Origin: Blasia pusilla
Lineage: Eukaryota
Direction: 5' to 3'
Length of the DNA stretch: 64,000 nucleotides
Assembly: GCA_050084515.1 (NCBI GenBank)
Contig: CM114271.1
Location: 46,190,001-46,254,000 of the forward strand
Shown here: positions 26,241-38,700 of the stretch, one piece after another
How positions within the stretch are numbered: position 1 is the first letter of the stretch
Layout of the letters: every line of letters starts with the position of its first letter
The notes under the pieces: model-generated
The model's input: the letters and a program-made list of their open reading frames with translations, nothing else
What the model was told of the DNA's origin: nothing
Databases searched by the model: none
Translations under genes and position numbers: made by a program

Positions 26241-26899
26241 AGGTCATGTTAGAGAGATGTGATATTTTCTATCTGGAGTTGGGAGGATCCAACTGCCAGC
26301 TAGGGGGCGGTTGTGTGATCTCCATGTATATGTATGAGTTGATTTTTGTACATGTGTGGATCGATCCGTGTGTGGGGAAGATCGGTGTTGTATGGTGTAG
26401 ATGTGATGAGCGGTGTATGTTGTGTAGCGATATGTATGCGCACGACAGCTGTCACATCTGAGTAGCCGATAGGCCGAGATCTATCGTGGATAGGGCGTAG
26501 GAGCCAGCGGACTATCTTGAGTGTAACTTTGTCCCATGGTGTCGGATGAGGTTGAGGATAGGTCCATTGTGTCAGGAACGGCGTTTTTGACAACTTTCAT
26601 GTTGAGGTCTTTTACAGTTGGGTGACTTGTTGACCAGGTCATCCGCCCTTGTAACCTCTGGTCAACAAGTCTCAATAGTGGCAGACAATCCACACAAAAA
26701 TTGACTCACACCTACCTCGCAACAAAACTCAAAAATTTGCATAATAGTCGACTTACACAAACCCTCATTTACCATCTAGAAAACTATATCTCTACCAAAC
26801 CATCCGCTTCAAGAGAAATTTTTCAATTTGTACAATGGTCAATCAACACTTGATTGTGCAAGGCCTAAAGCTCCTCACAAAACCCAATATGATTAGTCA

Positions 26900-27180
26900 T
26901 AACCATAATTGGTACATTATATTGCTTAAGCATTTGATCTACAAATGCATACTCCAATACTTCACTAACCTAATCTTGTAATAAAACCGTGAACCCTGTC
27001 CATTTCAAAAAGTTTTCCACCATTACCAACATATGTTGGTAATGATTCTTCATCAATAGCAAGGGTATGATAAAAATCCTATCACCATTAGTCACGCAAT
27101 TACCTCCACAATTGGTAGTATCAAGTATATGGCTACGATTGTGGAGTTGAAGCATCATATAGTGCCCATACTTTGTCAAA
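26900..27180 (-). mobile_element. Old degraded gypsy integrase fragment related to elements 1 and 2
   Basis: ORF 26970-27179 (-) HYQHMLVMVENFLKWTGFTVLLQD resembles HHRYVLVMVEHFSKWIELVAIPD of element 1. Confidence 0.55.
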
Positions 27181-28111
27181 AGCCAAACTTAAATTATAAA
27201 GCCTCATCTAGGAATGGAATGGAGAGGTGCATGCTTGCCTTTTACTCAAAGATCAAATTGCTTTTATGAGAAGGGGAGGAAATAATTTTTCTCGTCATGA
27301 AGAGGTATTCACCCTTGTCTCTCCAATCTTGACATGTTTTATTTCCCAATGTGACATCGATACATCGCAAGAGCATTGTTAATTATAAAAATCTTAAAGA
27401 TGTGTCAAGAAGTTTAAGAAACTCAAAAAGATGGAGATTTTCAAGATAAACAATTGTAAAAATTAGTGGAACAAAATGAAGGCTCCATATAAATATTCAA
27501 CCATTAATCTATTATAATGCTATGAAATAATTATGATCATGGGATAATTGGCTCTATTTTCTATGATTATTTCAACATAAACTCCAATCATTTACACTTC
27601 AATGGGTTCATCTATACTATTTTTTCATTTTATTAATACATGAAATAATGATAATTATATTAATTTTTAACCAAAATGTTATCCAATTATTCATTCTAGG
27701 TGTAGTATGTGACTTACCGACCTCCATTTCATATTATCCCCAGCCCTGAAGGCCTAAATCTGATTTCCAAGCATTGCATATTTGATTTTCCAGTTTATTT
27801 AGAATCTTTTTCATATAGAGGGAATGAATCTGAATAAAAGGAAAGTCTTAAAGAAGAAATTTGCACTTCCATTGAAAATAGGAAAATTAAGTAAGACTCG
27901 CCAAAAAAGTCCACACCACCTACTATAAAAATCAATTATCAACAAGATCAAAATAAAATATAAAGACATGTATCAACTAGGCAATCTATACTTTTAATGG
28001 TAGATAGCTTCTTGAATTGTGAGAGCCTCTTTACTTAACACTACAAAAATTTGTATATAATAAAGGCTATTTATTTATTTTTATTTACTTATTTACTTTT
28101 CTCATAGAAGA

Positions 28112-29882
28112 GCCTTTTGGGATCTTTCCCTCTACGATTGACATCGTCTCATTGCCTTCAGGAAAATGTTTGAAATATCTTCATACAACCTATCCACAGA
28201 TACTCCACCCATCATTCTCCATTCAGGGTCTTTACAACCTCTATATATATCACTACGGTTTTTGGTTCTCCACATACATGTGCACTTTGCCCACCATTCT
28301 CCTTTCAAGATTCAGTCTCTCATGTGTATGATTTTCTTTCCTTCTAAAAGGGGCCACATGTTGGTATCGTTTAAATGATAGGTTTAGGGAGACCATGTAA
28401 CTCCTTTATTTACAGGAGAAGTTTCTTGCTTAGAATCCATTTGGTTCTACATTTTATTGCACTATATTTAGGAAGAAAACTCTAATAGTCCGATAAAATA
28501 AGGATGGGAAAAGTCTTCTTAAAATTTTTCAATTTGTTATATTCTCTTGATTGGACTTTTTGCATCCCAATTTTAGCACTTATTCTGCATTTCTAGTCTC
28601 CTTCCCCTCTTGATTGACTGTTGGTTTTTGTTTTCCTCTTAAGATGTTTTCATATTTACGACTTTCAATCATTCAATCCTAAAAAGTCCATAAAGAGAGT
28701 GAATGTATCAAACATACCTCATATTGACTAATGATTAACGACTCGTGAAATTGGCTTTCTTTATAAAGCTAACATGTTTTTTTAGGAAAGTTTCCTTGAA
28801 ATCCTAAAGTTTTGTGAAATTATTGAGAGGAAATAAGGGATTCTAATGTTTTACACAAATATAAATATAATTTAAAATAAAAATATTTGTATTTAACATC
28901 TCCAAAACTACTAATTATCCGTACTACTCTGACAACTTGATTTTTTTGTAAGAGAAGGTGCTAGCATAACCTTTTTCTACACTAGTAACTTCTTATGATT
29001 AAGGACGGGTCTAGTAGTATATGCAAATATCGAGGAATTTTCTCCTTGAGATCTATTTTTTATAATATTAAATTTTTTATTTTTTCTCTAAAAATAATTA
29101 GTTGCATAAGGATTAAATCAAAAGATAAGAGAAGCGCCTTCCTTAAAACTATCATTTAAAAGGATACCAACATGTGGATTTTAGGATTTCAAGGAAAATT
29201 TCCTAAAATGTACATGTTAGCTTTACAAAGAAAGTCAATTTCACGGGTCATTAATCATTAGTCAATATGAGGTATGTTTGCTACGTTCACTTTCTCTTAT
29301 GGACTTTTTAGGATTGAATAATTGAAAGTCATAAATATAAAAACATCTTAAGAAGACAAGGAAAACCAAAAGTCAATCAAGAGGGGAAGGAGACTAGAAA
29401 TGCAGGAAAAAATGGTAAAATTGGAATGCAAAAAGTCCAATCAACGGAATACAAAAAATTGAAAAAGTTTAAGAAGACTTTCCCCATCCTTATTTCATCA
29501 GACTATTATAGTTTTCCTTCCTAAATATAGTGTAATAAAATGTACAACCAAATGGATTCTAAGCAAGAAACTTCTCGTGTAAATAGAGGAGTTACATAGT
29601 CTCCCTAAATCTATCATTTAAAAGGATACCAACATATGACCCCTTTAAGAGGGAAAAAAAATCATATAAGTAAAAGACTGAATCTTGAAAGGAGAATGGT
29701 GGGCGAAGTCTATATGTATGTAGAGAACCAAAAACCACACTTATATGTAAAGAGGTTGTAAAGATCATGAATGGAGAATGATAGGTGGAGTCTATGTGGA
29801 TAGGTTGTATGAAGAGATTTCAGACACCTTACCGAAAGGCAATGAGATGAAGTCAATCGTAGAGGGGAGGATCCCAAAAGGC
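28112..29882. mobile_element. Foldback / long-TIR non-autonomous element with ~700-bp inverted arms
   Basis: 28112-28808 is a diverged reverse complement of 29180-29882; AT-rich ~370-bp spacer; no ORF; TSD not resolved. Confidence 0.85.
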
Positions 29883-30929
29883 ACTTATGTGATCGATCCC
29901 TCAGATGTCGTGCGCCTACTCTCCTTGAACGTTAATCTTGTTTGTTGCGGAAGCGTGCGTTCAGTAGGTCACGCTCTCAACGTTGATCTGCATCCAAACA
30001 TGCACTTCGGTTAGTCGGGTCTTGGATCAATCAGCGGGATTACTTTCCGAGTTCTCGTCTCGGACTCTCTTCAAGCTCAACCTTCCTAGTTTTGCGGTTT
30101 CCAACACGGGCAAGTCTCGAAAGACTTGGGACAGACTTTCTGGTCGGTTCAGGAACTTGAAACGGCGTTTCGCGCCTAGCGCTTCCAACTGTCCGATGAA
30201 CATCCAATGAGTTCCTCACCAAGACTCGCACAAAGTGAATCTCGGGTTGGAATCCAAGTGTGGCATACAAAGTCCACTCTCTTGGATCAGGTTTGGGTTT
30301 CGGGTTTCCGCGCCAAACTCCCGTTCCATCCCGTGCCTCTAAAACGCCGTTTGGCGCCCAAAGTGGGGTTTCGTTTCCCGAGACATCTCAGAGAAGGTAC
30401 TTCCCTTACTAGTACTTCTGGGGATCTCCGGGGGCCCCCTACATTTAGGGAAAGACACCCGGGCCTCTCCAATTGGCCCTCAACCCGATTGCTCTCTCAA
30501 TCGTTTTCGGCCAATATCTCAGCCTGTACTTATGCGTTTGCTGAGATCTTTGGTGCGTTGGAAGCGTCTCAAGATCAACTTTTGAGAGTTGTTCGAGTTG
30601 GATGTGGTGCTCTCAAATGTGAGCATGTGTGCACAGTCCGGTGTACATACATGTGAGGTTGAATTGGATGCGATGATAGGTGAGATTTTCCACCAAGTGT
30701 AGGGCAGGAAAAGTGAATTTTATATGATGATCCCCCGTTTATACATCTACCTCGCGTTAGGGTTCAGGAAGTTAAGAGGGAAACATGTTAGGAGCTAGTT
30801 CCCTTTTTGTACTTTTGATAGATTTTCTCATACCCATTGTTCACCTTATAACCTACCTATATGCAAAATGATTTCTATTCCACGGGCAGCAAGAAAAAAC
30901 ATTTGCATGGAACATGATTAGTATTCACT

Positions 30930-30958
30930 CCCGTGCATGGCACGAGCTTCACACTAGT
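30930..30958 (+). mobile_element. Helitron-type 3' terminus of a short non-autonomous element
   Basis: Hairpin CCGTGCATGGCACG followed by CTAG|T. Confidence 0.55.
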
Positions 30959-31364
30959 AAAGATAGGTAGATATAACCATTAGAAAACAATCCTCCATCA
31001 ATAATTTTTGCAATCTTGTTGAACATCCATGATTTTTCTTAGATTCATTTATCTTTATTATTACGGAAGAATGCCTTCTTGATTTGAAACCATCTTTATG
31101 TTTGACACATGGCAACTAGAAATTATTTCAATGATATAGGCAGAAAAAACAAATTTATCATTAACTAGACAGCATCATTAATCCTTTCCTTAGCATGCTA
31201 TACACTAGAAAACCTCTCCAACACTTTTTTAAGTGCTTTTGTTTCCTCAGGTTCATCCCATCCCATCATGTGCACCTTACTAGTCCTTTTTATGGAACAC
31301 CCACAAGCCAACCACAATAAATGGTGCATATGGTGCTTCAATCGTCCCAGCCACTTAAACACCA

Positions 31365-31628
31365 CCACCAGAATCGCGTCAGTCGGCAAGGGTGCCTCCA
31401 ATTGAACGCGACGACTGGAAAAACCACCAGAATCGCCGGAGTCGGCGATGGCGGCTCCAATTAAACCCGACAAAAAACCCCACCAGAATTGCCGAAGTCG
31501 GCGATGGCGGCTCCAATTTAACCCAACAACCAAAACCCACCGGAATTGCTGAAGTCGGCGATGGCGGCTCCAATTTGGCCCAACAACCAAGAACCACCAG
31601 AATTGCTGAAGTGGGCGATGGCGGTTCC
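31365..31628. repeat. ~60-bp minisatellite, 4-5 copies, upstream of the TBL gene
   Basis: Recurrent CACCAGAATTGCYGAAGTCGGCGATGGCGGCTCCAATT. Confidence 0.9.
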
Positions 31629-32034
31629 AGACAAAATCCCCACCGCCTTCATCGCTTACGTTAGCGATGGTGGTTACGATCCAAGCAAACACCAAACACA
31701 GAGAATTGCTCAGCTGGAGAATCGCTTCATGAATCTGAAGCCTCGCGGTTCCAAATTCATCGCAGTCCTGTGGGCAATTACGGATCCGACCCCACCACTC
31801 TCTCATGAATGCATGAATCATCCATCCTCTTCGAGCCCTGGTGCTTTCAAGTGCATGACAGCATCCGATTGCTCCTCCATTGCCCGTCTCTCTGTGCCAA
31901 CTCCAACTCCCGCAATCGCGCACTACCACGACCTTCAGCCGCAGGTCTCTTTTTCATCCTCCTCCTCCCCAACTCCTCTCTCCATCATTCACGCACAGCA
32001 TCGCAGATTCCGTTAGTCCGGCCTTCGCCCACAC

Positions 32035-32048
32035 AGAGAGAGGAGAGG

Positions 32049-32088
<40 letters not shown>

Positions 32089-32090
32089 AG
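32035..32090. repeat. (GA)n microsatellite, probably near the TSS or in the 5' UTR of the TBL gene
   Basis: agaggagaggag...(ga)n run. Confidence 0.9.
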
Positions 32091-32701
32091 TGCAGAGGTA
32101 GTGGCCGGTACCTGAATCTGAACTCCAACTTCTATGGAGAGGAACTGACTTTTTCTTTCCTGGAGTTGGTGTGTTCGTTTGGGAGCTCCGTCTGCACCCC
32201 GCAGGATTCAGCTCAGCTCCACTTCACTGTGCACAATTCGTCGGAGGAGGTTCGGAATTTCTCGGGGGGAGCTGATCTGATGTCTGAGTGTGGGCTTTCG
32301 TGTGTGGGTGGGTGATCGTCTGCAGGCTTGAATTTGGGATCCGGTTCAGGTGATGGTGTGAGCGTCAGGCACTTGCTGAAGAGGAAGAAGAGGCTGAGGA
32401 GGAGAGAATGAAGGTGGAAGCTCCGGAATTGGATGCGATATTTCAGGGTTGTAGGGCACTGTTGGTGGAGAATTTGGGCCGGTGATTAGGTGGGTAGGGA
32501 TCTGGAATGGTGGGAAGGGAGTCTACACCGGTGTTGTAGAATTAGGACAGGCTTCAATCGGTGGTGAATTGAGGATGTTGCAACCGAAATTGAGACATAT
32601 GTGCTTTGAGAAGCGGGCTATGGAGGATAGAACCCAAAGGAGCGGATCAGCGGAGGAGTTGAGCGGAAGTTGGGATTCATAAATGACATAAGGGAATTCC
32701 G

Positions 32702-35700
32702 ATGAGGTGGGCAGATGGGCTTCGCTGCAGAGACTTGGGATGGCGATGTTACGTCACCGTTCCTGTGCTCTTTTTCCTCGTTTCGTTCCTGCTCGTTTTC
32801 TTCCAGTCGTACCTGCACTCACTGATGTTATCGCTCGATCTCCGCATCTCTCCATTACTGTCAGTCTACGAAACCCCCAAATCTAGGGAGCGACATCTTG
32901 CCGGATGCGACATCTATTCTGGAAGCTGGATGCTCGATGAGAGCTACCCTATGTATGAAACCTGCAGTTTTGTAGAACGAGGATACCGTTGCAGGAAAAA
33001 TGGGCGCCCAGACCGGGAGTATGAAAAATGGAGATGGCAGCCTAATGATTGCAACACAAGGTACATTAACCTTCTCCTCCCATGAATTCGCCTCGAGGCC
33101 TCTCACGCAAACATCAAAGTTGGTTGGAATTTGACATTCAGTCGGTTGAACACTCGATACGGGATTTTTTACTGGGAGGAGGTTTGACATTCTCTGATTT
33201 TTCGTCCTGAGAAGACTGAGGGGTAGCAAACCGTAAGTACATAAATTCACACACGCACTTGTTCTGGAAAGCTCCTCAAGTGCACCAATGAGTTGCTGCC
33301 CTCACCAGAGTGAAGGAGTGACTATATGAGAGTCTGCTGTGATGCAGGCCATTGGGCACATCTGCCAGCAGCCACTGAATTTCTCACGCATTCTCCAATC
33401 GTAACGAACGGATATCTATGAATTCACACTTTTCCGTCTTCAGAAACTGAGGTAGCAAGGCGTCTTTTCATGTACACACACACCTACGTAGTAGTTCTCG
33501 AGTGCATTGACGGGTTGCTGCCCTCACCAGAGTGAAGAACGATTGACAACAGTTGAGAGTTTGGTGTGTTGAAGCCTATTGGCACATCTGAAAGAAGCCA
33601 GGGAATTCGTTCGAGATTTCCATCAGTTCACACGTTTGCCGAAGTCCACACCTGAAGAAGAGCACCGACCCAGTGACGCACATGAGAAACTTTTCGATTG
33701 CCTCCCTTGCCAAATCCAGCTCGGCACCCTTTGTCTTTGCACTTAACCCCATTCGTGTGAATTGATACTCCGAGCTAATATGGACGAACCCATCTGTGCC
33801 CCAAATTGAAACCTAGGAATAGGTTGCTCTCAGAATCGGTGATAATTTGTGAAGACCTAGTGCAGATTTGAAAGGTAATAGAGATGGCTGAAACAACAGT
33901 CTGCAATGGAGATCCTCTCGGAAGTCAAAATAGTCTCCTCTGACTTGGGGCGACCTTGCGTTCTGACGCAGATTCAATGCGCTGGATATGTTGAGGAGGT
34001 TGAAAGGATCACGAGTGGTGTTTGTTGGAGACTCAATGGGTCGCACACAGTGGCAGTCTTTGGTATGCCTTTTGTTGCAGGCAGTGGAAAACAAAGCTTC
34101 TGTGACGTTGATCAATGGCCCCATAACCAAGACCGCTCCTTTCTTCAAGGCACGCTTCACAGAGCACAATTTGTCTATTGATTACTACAGGAGCCCTTTC
34201 TTGGTCGAAGGAGGCCGTGATGTACCTCCTCGATCTCCTAAGAGGGTCCGCTCTACGTTGAAGCTGGAGAGAATGGGACAAGGTGCAAAGAAGTGGCAAA
34301 ATGCAGATCTTCTGGTGATAAATACAGGACACTGGTGGACATCACAGAAGACTCGCGATGTGTATGCTCTTTTCCTTCTCTTGTTATACTTCGGAAGCTA
34401 ACTTCAGCTCATTGTAGTCTGCCTTGTCATGCACAAATTAAATCAGTACATGAACGAGAAACAGAAGAGAGATTGGGATTTGTGGATACTCGTATCAGAT
34501 TGGCTGATTGTTACTGATTGGCAGGGGCTGCTATTTCGAGGTCAGAAAGAAGTTGATGCTGGGTATGAATCCGGATGTAGCATTTCAAACAGCCTTGAAG
34601 ACTATCACTTCGTGGGTGAATGATCATATTGATGCCAACAAAACGGAAGTCTACTTCCGAACCTTCGAGCCTGCTCATTGGGAGTGAGTAACAAACAAAC
34701 CTGGTCATAGAAATGTGCTTGAAAGTTCATGACAGGCAGTAAAGTCTCCATCAATGAACTCGGGAACCCCAGTATTTTCTAGCTCGCTTGATGCAGGCTG
34801 ATGATGTAAGAAGAAAACCCACAAAAAAGAAATCCAGCCAGAAGTTTGAGTCCCAAGCAAATCATCCAACTGATACGTTTGTACGCTGAGCTAGCGGTTG
34901 GTTTAGCGGTTGGTATGTCTACATATGGTCTAATCACCATCCCGGAAAGAAGCTTCAGGACAGGTCGATTTGATCATCACCTGTGGATTAGGGTACAAGA
35001 TCTCCAGATTTGAAATTGAGGTTTCCTGTTCTATACACACAAAAAGGACCTTTCCTGTTCGTGACCTTTCAACGTGGCACTTTTCCCACTTTCTAAATTT
35101 TACACTCGATATCAAATCTAAACCTACCTTTAGTTGCACTACTCAATATTTCAGTGGAATGAGGCATAGTCATTCCATTCTAGGAAGAATAATCATATAG
35201 CGATTGCCGTCTTTCTGCATTCAGTTCTCTGTTGTGTTGTGATGGAACCTACGTCATTTATGCTAAAAGGAAGATCGGATTACCATGAACCTCTCGTGGT
35301 TGTGGTCCAAGTAGGAGATTGGCTCTGGGTGACCAGGGCTACATAACAGTCTTTCCAATGAAAAATAATTCACTCGCAGTGATAAATCTTATCGACTGCT
35401 CTTACAGCTTTTGCTGGACATGTGGTCGGGGAAAATATCCTGCTTTTCGCAACCGAGTATGCATTCTGCTGCAGTTTGACGAGCAACTCCTGACTTTTCT
35501 TGACTCGGTTTTCAGGATGTCCAGAAGCACTCAACCCCTCAATATTTCCCAAGCAACACGAGAACAACTTTTAAGGGCAGGATATCTAAAGCAAGCTGTG
35601 GAGCAGATGACCAAACCTGCAACTCTACTGAACATCACGTCTCTTTCAGCTTTTCGACCTGATGGCCATGTCTTCAACTGGACGGGAAGTCCAATTCTAG

Positions 35701-35795
35701 ATTGCGCCCACTGGTGTCTGCCTGGTGTTCCTGATACATGGAACGAGCTACTCTATTCGTCCTTGATAGCAAGAGGTAAAGGCATATGGGCTTAA
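32702..35795 (+). CDS. TBL: Trichome birefringence-like (PMR5N + PC-esterase) polysaccharide O-acetyltransferase; exons 32702-33060, 33972-34361, 34525-34683, 35516-35795
   Basis: N-terminal TM segment; CDIYSGSW, CRKNGRPD and WRWQPNDC; FVGDS; NTGHWW; FRTFEPAHW; RPDGH and DCAHWCLPGVPDTWNELLY (DxxH). GT-AG introns, all phase 2, preserve the frame. The start codon and a possible small missed exon are uncertain. Confidence 0.93.
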
Positions 35796-38700
35796 CAAAA
35801 AAATCAGCATACTAGTCTTTAAAGTGGTGGTGATCAGGTGCACCATGGGCTTGGGTTTTCGAAGAAATTTTTTTCAGCTCTAGCTTGGGATTTCGAAATA
35901 TTTTTGGCCGGTTACTACTCAAGTAATCGTCTCGAGGCTCTCACCATACCTGGATAGCCGAGCTGTACACCAAGTGGTAGGGCTTCTGTGGGCAAAGCCC
36001 GTAATTCATAGCGATTCACAATTCTAGGATGTGAAGTTTGTCGGTTTCAACCCATATGTACTTCTCATCAAATGCAATAATTGCCTACTTCAATGCGCAA
36101 TAAGATGCTGGTTCTTACCGTCATTTTTGAGTCGATGCTCGTCAAAATGCTGCCCGACGGACTTTCAGGAGGTCAGCAATGATCAAATTGACCTCTTCCC
36201 GAGGAAAGTGTGCATCCACTACAAGCAGCACGAGATGCGAGTGTAGTGTTGTGCTTCTATCATAAGCTAGCCGCCTTTCTGTACAACTGGAGAGTTCTGG
36301 GCGATAGAAAACGGGTTGAAGTCTTTGTTGGACGAGTGCCAATGTGAGGTTTCCTGGCGGTGAGGAGAATGGCTTTGTAAGAAGCTCTTTCTTGATCGGG
36401 CTGGGTCCGGATGCGTCGTCAGGTGGTTTTCAACACTTTTCGTTTTGTTTATAGCTTCAGGGTTCCAGCAGATATCTCGCAGGTCCCGGTGCATGGTGAG
36501 ATTCCAACATTGGTGGTCAAGGTCTCCAACCCCACCTGGCTGATGGTTATTTCTCACACCTGTGACGTCCCCATAGCTGAAGTTTCAGAAGAAATGGAAA
36601 CAGCAGTGGCAAAACTATCTATGCGAATCCGTGAGAGGAGATGCGGTGGCAGAATGGTGACATGTCTTAGAAACCATTAGGACAGCCTCAGGAGAGTTCA
36701 GACTTGCAAGAGCAGCAAGAGTTGTAGAACCGAAACCATATTGTATGGCGGAAGGGAATATTGCGAAGGCAATGTACTGGAAAACGCGTCGGGCATCTTG
36801 AGAGAATGACCCTTCTGACTACTGCACGTGGACTATCACGTCCCGTACAATAAACGTAACTGGGCAGCGTGGGCAGAGACTCAGCTTTCTAGCCAATCCG
36901 GAATCCGAGACAGTTTGTGCTGCAGCCCCGCTCGTCCCTGATTTGGGGTGTGATGTTATTGTCCAGCAGGTAGACACATAGATAAGATGCAGAGGGGAAA
37001 ACTTGATGCTCTGCAAGGGAACACAGTTTTCCTGAGCGCCCAAGAACACTACAGTTGTAGCTGGAAGGTTTCTTCTGGCATTGCATCGGTAGCCATATTA
37101 TATCTCAACTAAGAGCACACGGAATCACTGTCTACTATCCAAATGTGAAGAGGTTGGAGAACGTCACCCACGGGCAGATGAGCAGGTTTCGGAACGATGG
37201 TGATAGGTGGGGCCGACGCCCCACCTATGAGCGTTTTCGAAGTGACTGATTGCGGAAGGAGCAATCCACAACAAGGTTGGGAATTCGGCTAGACTACCCT
37301 GGGATAGATTTTCCGAAGAGCATCTCCGCATTACCATTTCCATGTACTTGGTAGATCAGGAGGTCCGGCAGGTATGATGAGAACATGGAACCTAACGGAG
37401 AACCATGAAAAGGTATTCAGAGGACTGTTACCCTCGTGTAACGAAGGCACTTCTTTGTTTACGAACAACCGTACACTCACTTAGAGAACCACCTCAGGAT
37501 CAAAAGGTTGGGAGTTTGGCGAGGTGATTTTGTGATTCTGTTAGATTCCTTTTTCTATGGTACACTTTACTTGAGCACATGGTGTATAGTCTTCACTCTC
37601 AAGGTTCTGCGTATCTAAAACGAGGAAAGTAAGGATCCATGTGCAGTCCTGCAAAACTACTTCACTTTAGGAGATTTGGAGGCTGGAAGAAAAGGCGAAG
37701 AGTTGGAGGATATGGTCCAGAATTGTACCGAGGCTTGGAAAAGCCGCGTCGGGCGGCATGTCGACACGATTATGAGTAAAGAATCCAGTAAAAGGCCGGG
37801 CACAACATCAAAATTTGATGGAAAGCGGAATTTGTGCTTCTGACGGTGAGATGGAGGCATTTCGATCGTCGTGCCCTCGTGCATGGCAGCTCGTTGCAGA
37901 TATCTGTCATTTCTTGCATGTGCTTTTTCGCTTCTACCTCGGTATCCATGACGTATGAATCCGCTCAGTTGTGCTTAACGTGACCTCCTCGAGAGCACGC
38001 GTCTGCCAATCTAACTCTTCATGGGAGGAACAGTCATCAAAATTCCCAAAAATCCGAAAACCCCAGGAAACTTGCCAAAGATGTCACACCGCGTCTCTTA
38101 TCCCCTCGCCGCTCATTTTAATTGGTACTTCTACCGAGGTGGATGCTGCAGATAAATTTTCGACGGACCTCTTGATCTTCCCTTCTCCCCAACTGCGCTG
38201 AGGTTAAACACAACAAACGTTAAAGATGCTGTCCATCACAAGCAAACTCTGCCCACGAATAGATGCCCTGATTGGACAGTCAATTGTTCTTGCATTCCCT
38301 GGCGATTTAAATAAGCTTTTCCTGCACTGACCTACCCCGCCACGCAACTCGCCACGAAATTGGACCTTGGAATTTTCACGAAACTTCAGGTTACCACGCG
38401 TTGGTTGTGAATCTCAATCAGCTTACCAACGGCATGCTCTTCCCGCATTGTCATGTGCGAGCGGATCCTAGCGCGGCGATCACGTGTATGCGCTCTAGTC
38501 TAAGAGAGGAGTGCATGCCATATGCACCAATTGTCAGTTAGTTCTTCCACTGCTGCAGTCAAAGGTGCAAGAATAGAAGAGTGGTGCCAGTGATCAGATG
38601 CGCTCTTGTCCTTTTTCTTCGCACGATGTCGTGACTTGTGAATCAAACCTAGTCGATGGTGCTACAAGAAGCGGTCAAATTGCCTCATTCAGTCGGTCGT

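Larger units (their letters stand above)
11821..26657 (+). mobile_element. Ty3/gypsy retrotransposon 'element 1' (Gag-PR-C5 MTase-RT-RH-IN-PHD), interrupted by a Copia; 3' end truncated
   Basis: Repeat A1 11821-~12301 (starts TGTCAC), B1 ~26311-26447, GC, then A2 26450-~26657 (truncated). All domains are recognisable and collinear with element 2. Confidence 0.92.

Noticed and set aside
26658-26666. TCAA after the truncated A2, matching TCAA before 11821, as a TSD
   Set aside because: No CA terminus or B2 is adjacent; a 4-mer at an arbitrary offset is likely chance
30352-30369. tRNA-Lys-like PBS TGGCGCCCAAAGTGGGG
   Set aside because: No LTR end or retroelement coding sequence is recognisable nearby
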